Of a DNA stretch of 28,507 nucleotides, positions 11,185-22,199 are shown piece by piece (position 1 is the stretch's first letter; every line of letters begins with the position of its first letter). A program made the translations under genes and the position numbers. The stretch is from assembly GCA_001179505.1 (NCBI GenBank), contig CDMY01000707.1, positions 1 through 28,507 on the forward strand, read 5' to 3'. Under the pieces are notes generated by a model. It did not search any database. It had not been told where the DNA came from and saw only the letters and a list, made by a program, of their open reading frames with translations. Origin of the DNA: Vitrella brassicaformis CCMP3155 (taxonomy: Eukaryota > Protista > Chromerida).

Positions 11185-13712
11185 TTACGGCATGACATTG
11201 CGGTTGTTGTGGAAGAAATTGGTAGGGTCCCAGGCGCGCTTGAGGTCCTTGAGGCGCTGCAGGTTGCCTCCGTAGACGGACTCTATCGGGTCATCCTCCA
11301 TCCCACCCACGATGCTCACATAGCTTCCCGTGCTATACTCGGCAAAGGCACTGCGCACCTGCAGGCACACGCGTGCAACAAAGGGCCGGCCGGCAGGCAG
11401 GCAGACAGGCAGACAGACAGACAGACAGGGTGATTAACTCGTGTGTCGACTGCGTACATTACTACTGTGTTGTCACAACTGACGGACCTGTTTCGTCCAG
11501 TCGATTGCCCGTTGTCGGTTGTCAGCTCCCTCTTCGAAGAAAGCCAAAACGAGCAGCCAGAATCTGACAGTATGTATGTAACACCCCGTTTACCACCCGC
11601 CCATCCACAGACCCACACTTGCCTGCCTACCTACCTGCTGCTGCGATTGAAGAACGCCGTTGCCTCGTCAGGCACTGTATTCGCCTGCATGCATCCATGT
11701 ACACATAAAAACACGCATGCACACGTGTATGACGTTTGTCTCTGCAGTTGGTGTTTGTCGGTCGGTCGATCGCTCGCCACCTACGTACCACCTTGCCGAA
11801 GGGCGCCAGGCCAAGCGTGCATCCAGGAAAGGGCCTCTCGGTCAAAGCTGTGCACAAAGACACACACGCAGGCAGACAGGCAGCAAGAAGATCCACTCAG
11901 CATGGATACATGCCCTCCCTCCAGATGTGTAAGTTTCTATGCTGATATGCTGGTATGCTGGCTGACCGTCGATGACTTTGTCAGCCACGGCAGGTGTGAA
12001 GTCCTTCATGAGCCACCCCTTCTCGTAGCAGTGGCTGGGAGGCTGCAGTGTCTCCATCATGCCTTGGAGCTCCACATATGGCCTTGGGCCCACATCCTCC
12101 ATCAGAGGGGGAGGCAGCCCCACACGCGCCTTGACGCTCTCCCAATCCTTCGCTCCCTTGTCAGGGTCCAGGCCGCACGGCTGAATAATGGCCACAGGCT
12201 GGCCCTCTGGGTTGGCGAAAGACAGCGACAGGCTCAGCTCCGGATACTCGTCGTAGCCCAAGCGGACCACTTCGGCGAGAATTGAACTGGTCTTGTGAGT
12301 GAGTGGCCACTGCCCATGCACAAACAACACACCACACGGACACAGGTATTCGCGTGTGGATGTCCGTGCGTAAGTGAGTGCGTGCATCTGGCTGGGTGCG
12401 TATGGCTGATCCACGTGTCACGTGTGCACATACCTGCGCCATGCCGGTGAAGACGGTTGTGACGGGTCGAAGGAAAAAGTCAAAGCGCGTCACGATGCCA
12501 TAGTTCCTGCAGCACACACACACAGAGGAGACATGAGCACTTCAGTGCCCACATAATTAATACATGTCTGAGCTCAATCACTCACTCACCATCCAGAGCC
12601 CCTCAGGGCCCACATGAGGTCGGGATGCTGCTCGTCTGAACACTCCACTATGTCACCTTCAGCTGAGGGTATGTAAACACCCACACACAGGAAATCAGTC
12701 AGCATGTGTGTGTGTTGTCTCCCTGCCCCCGCCCATGCCGTGCTCACCAGTGACGAGCTGCGCCGATATGAACGAGTCAATGGTCAGGCCCCACATGGGG
12801 CTTAGATAGCCGCACCCCCCGCCAAGCGTCAGTCCGGCAACGCCGGTGCTGGGGTTGATGCCCGCAACCACGTGAAGGCCGTAAAGTGCGCACTCCCTGT
12901 CCAGCTGCTTCAAGCGGGCACCGCCTTGCACGTGAGCAATCCGTTCTGACAGGCACATGAATGTTTACATTTATCAGGCAGGCACAGACATGCATCAGGC
13001 ATCCGTCTTGTCATGATGCATGTGTCTGCTTCCCTCCCCCACTGTAGCACCCATGCATATATGGGTGCATGTATTCATTCATAGCTCACTTTCCGTGTCC
13101 ACGTGTATGCCATGGAGGCCCTCTAGGTCGATGGCCACCGTCTCGTCCATGAAGCAGAACGGGCTATGGCGACCAGCTGGGACATACCACACACACACAT
13201 ACGACATGACGAGACAGCATGCTAGCCACAGCAGGGCGGGATGGTTTTCGCGTACAAGCCACTGTGACGTCAAGTGAGTGCTCTCGGCAGAACTTCACGG
13301 CCATCTGCACAAGCAGGCAGCCAGCCGCCACCCGGATGACACAACATTCGTTCCATGCAACTACCTCCACGTCGCTGACGCTCTCACAGCGGATGACGTA
13401 GGACGGGCGCTTCAATCGGTCAAGATTCCACTGAAGACGCGCCTGTAGATACCAGTGCCTTGCAGACACCATGCATGAGAATCTGTGGTCTTGCGTACGC
13501 ACCTCCTCATATGCTGCATCCTTCTCGCAAAGCACACGGCCGCACAGCTTGGCGCTGAGGGCATCCCACTCCTCCTTGGCCACGGCAGATGCGCCGCCGT
13601 ATGCTTTCGTCTTCGGACCCATCACTGTCGCGTGCTGCAGCAGATTACTGTCGCGTATCATGCGAGCTTTATGCCGGTCGTATCGCCTGAGCTCGCAGAC
13701 GGCCCTCTGCAT
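11185..13712 (-). CDS. FAD-linked oxidoreductase, FAD_binding_4 plus BBE domain (berberine-bridge-enzyme / 6-hydroxy-D-nicotine-oxidase-like), 12 exons, ~489 aa
   Basis: Exons 13712-13503, 13442-13365, 13304-13256, 13176-13090, 12945-12748, 12662-12590, 12506-12434, 12309-11967, 11847-11789, 11684-11635, 11563-11488 and 11358-11185 total 1470 nt, with all GT-AG phases consistent. Motifs: VASGRHS (flavinylated His), STGVAGLTLGGGCGYL, DLMWALRGSGWNYGIVT, VPDEATAF, and C-terminal YGGNLQRLKDLKRAWDPTNFFHNNRNV. The start could instead be ATG 13622. Confidence 0.93.
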
Positions 13713-13779
13713 TCTTTCACCCGGGGCATAGTGAGTAGGCCTCACACAGTGAATCCCCTTCTGCTGTCCCTGCTCTATT

Positions 13780-14933
13780 ATGGAAGGGTTTTGTCAAGAT
13801 CCGAGCACACTCCATTATGCTCCTCTCGTGCGATGGCATCTACTTCTGGTGGCCACCGTCATGCTCATCGCAGCAGGTGTGTTTGGCGCGTACACGTAGA
13901 TATCATCACCCTGTACGTGTCGCTCCCTGTTTCTTCAGGTGTAGCACCCTCGTGCGGCCCACGAGGAGGGCCGTCCTCGTGGGCCGCCCCGCTTTGGCTG
14001 GGGCTTTCGAGGGCTATGTTTTGTGTGTGTGATGTGTGGGGCATCCATCGATGGCAACACATCAGGACGCACACATGATGCATTGCTCTCCCTTTCGTCA
14101 GAGAGGGGGGCCTCGTGTCCCATCCAATCGCGTCCAGTGGCCCCTTCTCGTCCTGTCCAGACCACGCGCCCCGCTCCACGGCCGCAGCCAGCACCCTGGC
14201 CTCAGCCGAGCCGCCCGTCGGGCCAGATCAGGCCTGACCTCGCCAGCCGAGCAGAGGACGTGGCAAGGTGACAAACACAGACAGACACACGATGGATGAT
14301 CGATGGCATGTGTAGTGTGTGAGCCATGTGCATCTGAATATGTGTCACCAACCACGTAGGCAATGGGACCGTGGTGCCCGTCCTGCTCAGCCAATCGCAG
14401 CTCGCCCGAGGCCTCCAGCTGTGGGCCGTCCAGATGTGCGACCCCGGCCAGTTGCATTCAGACCGCGACCAGCGGTGGGTATGTCAACAGGCAGAGATAC
14501 ATACATACATAGATGGCATTGTGTTTAATGTGTGTGGCTGCATGCTGTTGTCGCCCACACACGTATGTGTCTGTATACTGATTGAATCAGTCATTCCGGC
14601 CCGGTGTGGGGCGTGCGCTGGTGCGTCCTCGATTGGCGGTGGCGCGCCGTCCTCGCCGGCCAGAAGGGGGGTTTATGTGCCCCGGCGCGTGCCTGTGAGG
14701 CCGCCAATCTGCAGGAGATGGCCGGTGCCGCCCGGTAGGTAGGTGGATGTAAGCAACACATCAGATGCGTGTACACACATTGATCGTGAGGTGTGTCTGT
14801 TTGTCTGTCACACTGATTGCCATCCATTCATCCATCCATCCATCAGGCCTGTGGCGACCGTCCTTTACGCACAGGCCCAGGTTTTGGCGCTTTCCTCGGT
14901 GGCGGTACCCGATTTCAACTATCCTGCCTGCTG
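13780..14933 (+). CDS. Hypothetical multi-exon Pro/Arg-rich protein with an N-terminal hydrophobic segment
   Basis: Exon 13780-13876 (MEGF...WHLLLVATVMLIAA). Phase-compatible exons ~14102-14257, 14360-14478, 14591-14734 and ~14846-14933 are separated by microsatellite-rich GT-AG introns. The donor of the exon starting at 13939 and the 3' end are unresolved. Confidence 0.4.
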
Positions 14934-15502
14934 GTGTGCCTGTTAGTGTTGGTGTTGGCGTTGGAGTTGTGTTGCTGTTGGTGATGATGATGATAGGGGG
15001 TCGGTAGACAGACACTTTCTGGGTGGGTTGGGTCGGTGGGCTCATCCATGACACACACATACACTGACCGTCCGTGTGATGTGTGCTGTTCTTGCTTGTG
15101 TGTGTGTGTGTGTGTGTGCGTAGGTTGATTCCTGGTGAGGGGGAAGTGGTGGATGTGCCTGGGCTGGATGGTGCTGAAAGAAAGCTGCAGTACTACAATG
15201 GGACATATTTCTATACCGCTGGTATGCAGGCGAACATAGAGACAGACAGACAGACAGACAGATTCATGAGCATGCGTATGCCTCTGTGTTGTACGCGCTG
15301 CATGCATCATCAGGCAATCTGACCTATTTCTTTGTGTCTGGCGACACTACCGACACAACAGGCGGCGAAGACACACAGCCACCAACAGAGTAGCCGACAC
15401 AATAGAGAACCAGAAGCCGCACCCGCACACACTCTCTCATTTCATCTGCTTGTCAGCGACGAGCAGTGTGGTAATGTGGGTGCTGCGGAGGGGGAGGTTC
15501 TA

Positions 15503-15925
15503 TTGTGCACAGAGATGTTATCATATTTTCACCCCTGCAAGCACACAGGTACGTCCGCAGCTGTTGCACAGAGATGTGTATCATATTTGAACTCCTGCAA
15601 GCATACACGTACGTGCGCAGCTGTGCATACAGAGGGAGTTATAAGATACACCCCCTGCAGGTCCACGCGTATGTGCGCAGCTGTGTGCGCACGTGCGCAC
15701 ACAAACATTCATCAGATATACCCCCTGCAAGTTCACGCGTAGGTGTGCAACTGTCTGTGCAGAGATGTGTATCATATTTTTACCGCTGCAAGCATAGACG
15801 TCGTGCGCAGCTGTGCGCATAGAAACATTCATGAGATACATCCCCTGCAAGTCCACGCGTACGTGCGCAGGTGCGCGTACAGAGATGTGTATCGTATTCT
15901 CACTCCCGCAAGTCTACGCGTAAGG
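15503..15925 (+). repeat. Minisatellite array C (diverged variant of the 60-bp family)
   Basis: Repeated cccctgcaagtccacgcgtacgtgcgcagctgtgcgcatagaaacattcat-like units. Confidence 0.8.
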
Positions 15926-16409
15926 GCTCACTCACAAACGCCTCAGGCCACTATAGGTAGATAAGCTTGCTAGCTGGTAGTGTTCTGGGTGTGTCTGTTG
16001 TGCAGGAAGTACCGTCTCATCAAACAGCATATCACATGACAGATGCGGCAGATACATCAGGTCCTTGGTCGCTGGGTCGTATCCGAGTAGAATGTCAATT
16101 TATGTGCGAGGGTCCATCTTACCAATCCTCTCCTTTCTCTGGTTGATATCTGCCTTGCAGCCGAAGGTGCGGATATGGCTGACGTCAGGCAGATAGCTGA
16201 CGAAGAGCTCATGTGGTGTCTTCATCCCTTCATTGGCTGCTGTTGGCGTTCGCTTCTTTATGTACATCGCTGTGGCTGTTGCGTAACACCAATAAGATGC
16301 AGGTAGGCCGGCAGTAAAAAGAAGTGTACGCGCCATAGCACAGATCACGTCAATAGCTCGCTCCACCACTCTATTCTGAAACTGCTGTCTGTCACTCTAT
16401 TCTGGGGAC

Positions 16410-16888
16410 GACGGCCCCCGCCGCCGTGGACAGAGAGAAGCGGCCCAGCGCATGGACACACGGACAATCTTACCCTTAACCACCACCGAGAGAAGCGGCA
16501 CTCACACCGCTCGTCGCTGCCCCGCCTCTTTTCCTTCGCGTTCGTGTTGAGGGCTCACGTGCGGCTAATGCATGGGCTTGCACTGGTTTGCAGATAGCGG
16601 GCAATATAATATATGTGTAGAGCCGTTGCCGGGGTTTCGTCAAGGGCCGGATGGGCGCCCCTACCGGCCGTCTGTTAGAGAGACGTGCATGCGATGTTGC
16701 GTGTCTACCATATATGCGGCCGTCTCTTGCAGCGCCTTTGCAGATCTGCCAGTTTGCTTCTGCTCCTTGCGTGTTGCGTGTTCCGTGTTGCGTGCTGCAT
16801 GTTGCGTGCTGCGCGTTGCGTGTGCGTGTTTGGACGGGCATAGGACCAGGCTATCGGGTCGCCTAGGGCATTCTGTAAAACCGCTATA
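16410..16888. mobile_element. ~480-bp non-coding insertion (SINE-like or non-LTR 3' fragment) in the copia integrase
   Basis: Interrupts ...HESQN|RVVERAI. Flanked by cactctattctggggac (16393-16409) and cactcaattctgggac (16889-16904). Its right end is shared with 4983-5135. Confidence 0.75.
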
Positions 16889-18832
16889 CACTCAATTCTG
16901 GGACTCATGATATGGCAAACTCCTCTCTTGTCATATCTGGTGTGTCTCGCAGAACTCCTTCTACTTGCCCTTGATCAGCTCCGCCCATCCATCCGTCCTC
17001 ACTGCCTTGGGCATGCGAACTGTAGTGCAGTAGTGGATGACTGCTGCAGGGCTTCCGATTTCTTCTTGAGAAAGTCTGCAACCACCTTGATGTATCATCG
17101 ACTACCACCATTAAGTACCTGTGTCCTCTCTCGCTGGGCTGCTTGATCTGCAACAGGTTGGATGAGATCACCAGCATGCTCATATCGATATGCATCTCCA
17201 GCATATGGCAGCCGTATCATCTTGGCTTTCATACATACTTCACACTTGACGTCTCCATGTTGTTCTCCTTTGCCGTTGGTGCGTATCTTGTTCTTCAGGT
17301 AGCTTCTTGAGGTACGCCTCGTTGATTTGGGCGAATCGCTGATGCAGCGGATGTTATGTGATGACTTCGACGACCAACACATCTGTTGCCATCACATCGG
17401 TCGGTTTTTCGTTGTCGTTGTCCACCAATGGTGTCTGTGACTGCTTCATAACGTCAACTAGTCGCTCATCGGTCGCATTTGGACAATCAGATGGGTCCTA
17501 ATAGATGTTGAGGTGCCAGAACCGCCTTTGTCTTATTGAAGAGCTGCTCTTTAAAAGAACATGATCGCGCCGCTCCGGTGTCTACCGTCATTGCCGTAGG
17601 TGAGGATGAACAGACACCATTCATATCCACCCCTCATCTACCAATGCTTCTATTTCGACTGCTCCAATCATCGGCAAAGTCTTCATTGCTCTGTTGTTTC
17701 TGTTCTTCTTCATCGTAGATGTCGAGCTGGTTGGCGTGTTGGCAAGAAGAGCATCAATCATTCCATCTATCGTTCACTCGGGCTCGTGTGGTATTCATGA
17801 TGATGTCGCGATCCTTGTTTCGACGCTTTGTTGAGCGCCATGCTTGCTTCTGTTGTCCTCCTCCCTCCTCCTGCCCACCAGCATTCCAGGTGCGCTCAGG
17901 AGGTTGTACATAGCTAGACGAGGCAGACGGCCAGTAATTATTGCTCTGTCTGTTAGTGTTGTTCCACTGATTTCTCCATCCAGTCACGTTGTTGTTCTTG
18001 TTTGTGATGTTGTGTCTGTTGTCAGGCCGTCTGTCAATCCATCCTTTTCTCTCGTCATCATGCTGGTCACGCTGGTCTTAACGCTCATGTTGTCTGCCGG
18101 ATGGACGGCCCCTCTGGTAATGTTGGCGGTCTCACTGCTCTCTTCTCAGCTGTTTCATGCGGTAATTCGCGTTGCGCAGGGCTTCTCCAAATTGAGGCCA
18201 GCTGAGTGATTCACCACGATACGCGCGAAATGCTGATTCATACGCTATGGCTGCCTTGAACATGTCGAATCTCTCAAGCAATGCCGACAGCATGACGGCA
18301 ACCATCGTCTCGTCTGGCACTATCGATTCGACTTCATGTAGCTGGGCGACGAGACAATTGAAGTCGCCAATAGGCCTATGCTTTATTCTCGCCGTGCTTC
18401 TGATGTGCTTCTTGAATCAATCGCTTGGCCTTGTCTGGTGTCTGCAGGGCGAGAAAGCCGAACAGCCATCGAAGGTTCTTGGCATTAGAGCTGTCCTGTT
18501 CTATCATGAGTGGCTGTCCGTGTTGGTTCATCACGCGCTGATTGCTCTCATCCACTTACGGCACGAGTATCTTCATCGGCGGACGTCTTCATCCTTGGTA
18601 GGTAGATAGACCTTCACGTCCATCTCTCTTGCTGCTAAGTAGGCTCTCAAAGTGAAATCCCATTCGCGCCACTTAATGTCATTCTCACCACTCCTGCCGG
18701 TAAAGAGGGGGAAAGTGGCTTTCGTCTCGAGATTGAGTGACGTTATCTCCGCTCTTTGCTTTGTTGTTCTCTTTCTTCAGATACTGCTGATAGTTGACTG
18801 CTGCTGATGATGCTGCGAGACACTGATAGACC

Positions 18833-19068
18833 TGTTAGGATCTGTCAGTCAATTGGCGAGGGCTTCTGCTCAGATGAATAAGAACTTAGTTGCTGCGCCC
18901 ATGTACGAAAAGGCCGATGAGTGCCTCTTCTATAATAAACTGTATAGAGGATCTGTTGGGCGGTAAGTCCCAGAGTCAGAGTGCTTTCACTTCACACAGG
19001 CCGAGAGACTGGCCATTTAGTCTATAGTCTTTTTTGTATATGTATGGCTCTATGAGGCCTTGTCAACA
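18833..19068 (-). repeat. Copia 5' LTR (236 bp, TGTT...AACA termini)
   Basis: Bounded by tgttag at 18833 and gtcaaca at 19068, directly upstream of gag. Followed on the minus strand by GGTCTATCAG, a possible degenerate PBS. The core is homologous to 28345-28430. Confidence 0.7.
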
Positions 19069-19419
19069 CAGATCTGTATTCGGTGATGGCTCATAGGATC
19101 GTCTGCACTGCCTGCCTGCGTGTATATGGGATATGCATCTGCTAGCTAGAACTTCTAGCTTAGCTCACAAGCTCGCACTCGCTGAGGAGGTTCGTCTTTG
19201 CTTCCTGAAAAAGGATGAATGCGATGGAGGAGGACGAGGATGGCTAGTGAACAACTGCTGCGGATGGGTAGCACAATCTACTCCAGGCTCGCACGCGACA
19301 AGCCTTTCCGCCTTTATTTGTGCCTCTGTCGACTTCCCAGCATCCCTCTCGGCTCCCTCGTCACCCCTCTGGCAAGCATCTGCCCATCCGTCCCTGCTTC
19401 AACATCCCTCTCTCACTTC

Positions 19420-19758
19420 ATGATGAGCAACTTCTCTCAGAAGGAGGCTGGGGAGAAGAAGGGTGGCGAGAGTGCAAAAGCCACAAAGTCGGACCTCGCT
19501 GAGATGCAAAAGAAGGAAATCGTGCCTATCGTCATCGGCAAACACACCACGAAAGGGGATATTGTGCTACTGGTTGATATAGACGATGAGAACAACACTC
19601 ATGTATTACTCAGCTGTCCACATGGTGGTGAAGAGGATTTCAACTTCTACCCCCTCACGTGGCATGAACTTGCTGTTTTTATTCAAGACGGCAGTTTCAT
19701 CCCTAACGAGGACAAGGAAGCCCCTTTCCTTAGCTTCCTCAGGAGAGCTGGAAGATAG
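19420..19758 (+). CDS. Hypothetical 112-aa intronless protein
   Basis: MMSNFSQKEAGEKKGGESAKATKSDLAEMQKKEIVPIVIGKH...FLRRAGR* has protein-like composition within the 19219-19758 ORF. No homology recognised. Confidence 0.35.
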   Translation: MMSNFSQKEAGEKKGGESAKATKSDLAEMQKKEIVPIVIGKHTTKGDIVLLVDIDDENNTHVLLSCPHGGEEDFNFYPLTWHELAVFIQDGSFIPNEDKEAPFLSFLRRAGR

Positions 19759-19987
19759 AGGAGGGGATATTGCGTGCCTCATGCGTGCGTGTCTGTTTTT
19801 GTAGATAGATGATTATACACTGACTGATGGACGGACACAAGTGAGAGCTTTGTGTACTCATAGACAGACGCAGGCTACTTCTTTTGCGTATGAGCCTCGT
19901 GTGCATGTAGATGGGCATGTGAGTGATATTCAATGGGGGGAAAGGGGCATGCTTCTCATGCTTTTCTATGTGTTCGTAGATGGTGCC

Positions 19988-20258
19988 TCTCTTTTTGTGC
20001 TCGCTTCATGCGTGGTTTGCGTGGTGTGGACGAGGGAGGGGAAGACACATACTGCTTTCCTGCTCTCGTTGTCCGAACGCAAAAGGGGAACTCACTGCAT
20101 GGGGAGAGGAGATTTTAGCGCGTGGCGTGTATGATGCCTGTCTTTCTTGTGCTCGCTCATGCGTGCTTTGCGTGGCGTGGACGAGAGAAGGGGAAGATAC
20201 ATATTACTTTTCCTGCTCTCGCTGCATGGACGCAAAGCGGAACACATTGCGTATGCAT
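19988..20258 (+). repeat. Two diverged ~115-bp direct repeats, period ~153
   Basis: ttgtgctcgcttcatgcgtggtttgcgtggtgtggacgagggaggggaagacacatactgctttcctgctctcg versus ttgtgctcgctcatgcgtgctttgcgtggcgtggacgagagaaggggaagatacatattacttttcctgctctcg. Confidence 0.8.
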
Positions 20259-20329
20259 GGATATGCGGATGGACAAGTGGGTGAGGTGTGGACAGGCGTG
20301 ACTGATGCGTAGATGCATACGTGTGTTTG

Positions 20330-20515
20330 AAGCGGGCAGGCGAAGTGCGTGCGCGGACAGATGAAGGGCGGGCAGGCGGGTGCATGTGTGGATGGATGTG
20401 AGGGCGGGCAGGCAGGAGCAGACGATGCTTAGATGCGTGCGTGTGCTTGTTTAGTGGGTAAGGGCGGGCAGGCGGAGTGCGTGTGCGGACGGGTGAACGG
20501 GGGGGCGGGTGGGAG
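20330..20515 (+). repeat. G-rich (g)ggcgggcaggc motif cluster
   Basis: gcgggcaggc occurs at ~20332, ~20368, ~20404 and ~20465, plus ggggggcgggtggg at ~20499. Confidence 0.6.
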
Positions 20516-20604
20516 ACAGACAATGCGTAGATGCGTGCTTGCTTTTGGACCACTTGAGATTTCGTGCCAGACCCGAATCTCATGGGTGCGTGCTTGCTTA
20601 ATTA

Positions 20605-21716
20605 TACGCAGGTTTGCGCACAGAGACATTCAGTATATACACACACTTCAAGTCCACACGCGCATGGGCAGGTGTGCGCACAGAGACATTCATCATATAT
20701 GCACACTCCAAGTCGACGCCTGCAGCATGCGCAGGTGTGTGCACAGAGACATTCATCATATGTGCACAAAGACATTGATCATATACAAACACTCCGAGTC
20801 CAAACGTGCATGCGCAGGCGTGCGCAGAGAGAGTATTTACTATAAACACACACTCCAAGTCAACGCCTGTATGCGCAAGTGGGCGCCAAAGACATTCATC
20901 ATATACACAAACTCCAAGTCCGCGCCTGTATACAGGGGTGTGCGCATAGAAACAATTATCATATACACCGACTCCAAGTCCACACATGCATACTCCAAGT
21001 CCAAACGTGCATGCGCAGGGGTGCGCACGGAGACGTTTATCATATACATACGCTCCAAGTCCACACGTGCATACTCCAAGTGCAAACGTTCATGGGGAGG
21101 TGTGCGCACAACGACGTTCATCCTACACACACACTCCAAGTCCGCGCCTGTACACATAGGTGTGCGGACAGCGACATTCATCTCATACACCCACTCCAAG
21201 TCCAAACGTGCATGCGCAGGTGTGCGGACAAAGACGTTTATCATATGCACACACTCCAAGTCCACACGTGCATACTCCAAGTCCAAACGTTCATGGGGAG
21301 GTGTGCGTATAGCGACGTTCATCCTACACACACACTCCAAGTCCTCACGTGCATGTGCAGGCGTGCGCAGAGAGACATTCGTTATATAGGCACACAACAA
21401 GTCGACGAGTGTGTGAGCAGGTGTGTGCATAGATGTGTGCACAGAGACGTTCATCATATACACACACTCCAAGTCGACACGTGCATGCGCAGGTGTGCGC
21501 AAAGAGACATGGTCAAATACACACACTCCAAGTCGACGCGTGCATGCGCAGGTATGCACATCGGGGTATTCATTGCGCATAGAGACATTCATTATATACA
21601 CACACTCCAAGTCCTCACGTGCATCGCAGTCGTGCGCAGATAGAGTATTTGCCCTATACACACACTCCAAGTCAACGCCTGTACGCGCAAGTGGGCGGAC
21701 AGAGACATTCATCATA
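20605..21716 (+). repeat. 60-bp minisatellite array D (largest, ~1.1 kb)
   Basis: Repeated cacactccaagtc...tgcatgcgcaggtgtgcgca...gacattcatcatata units with internal 21-bp sub-duplications (tactccaagtccacacgtgca). Confidence 0.95.
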
Positions 21717-22199
21717 TGATGTATTCGCTTTCACAGAAGCATGGGCGACCAGCACATCTGATCTAGAGTCGGCAATGTATTCGCACACCAGGCAAAGGCG
21801 TAGGCAATCAGAGAAGCACAACCGCACCACACGACATGAATGACAGCAGCAGTCCGACAGAAATCGAACGGCCTACCAAACGCAATCACATAAGCGACTA
21901 CCGCACGCACAACCAAACCACCATGCAGCCCAAACTCAACCCTTAACACCACATTCCCAAACCAATCCCTCACGGTCGGTCCTGGCATGCAAACGTGCGG
22001 GTTTGCGCCCTGTAGGGCCCTCGAGAGATGAGGTCCTCAGGAAACAGACCTGCCCGTTGCTATGTTCGAGCATCGGCCGCATGGTGTGCGCGGCAGGACA
22101 CTTGAAAAAGCATTCCAGCGCATCAGCGCGACCGACAGACACTACCCCCAATAGTTCATGACACCCTCATGAAAAAAAGCATGATCTTCTGCAGAGCTG

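Larger units (their letters stand above)
15930..19068 (-). mobile_element. Decayed, 3'-truncated Ty1/copia LTR retrotransposon (5' LTR, gag, protease, integrase; no RT/RNase H)
   Basis: Gag (PLFTG...KWREWDFTLRAYL; VPDETMVAVMLSALLERFD), protease VDTGAARS, pre-integrase HQRFAQINEAYLKK...CEVCMKAK, integrase YLMVVVDDTSRW, VRTDG, SQN/RVVERAI...AGLPASYW...TPHELF...HIRTFGC...GKMDPR...LLGY...FDE. The protease-integrase order is copia-type. Many stops and frameshifts. Confidence 0.9.
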
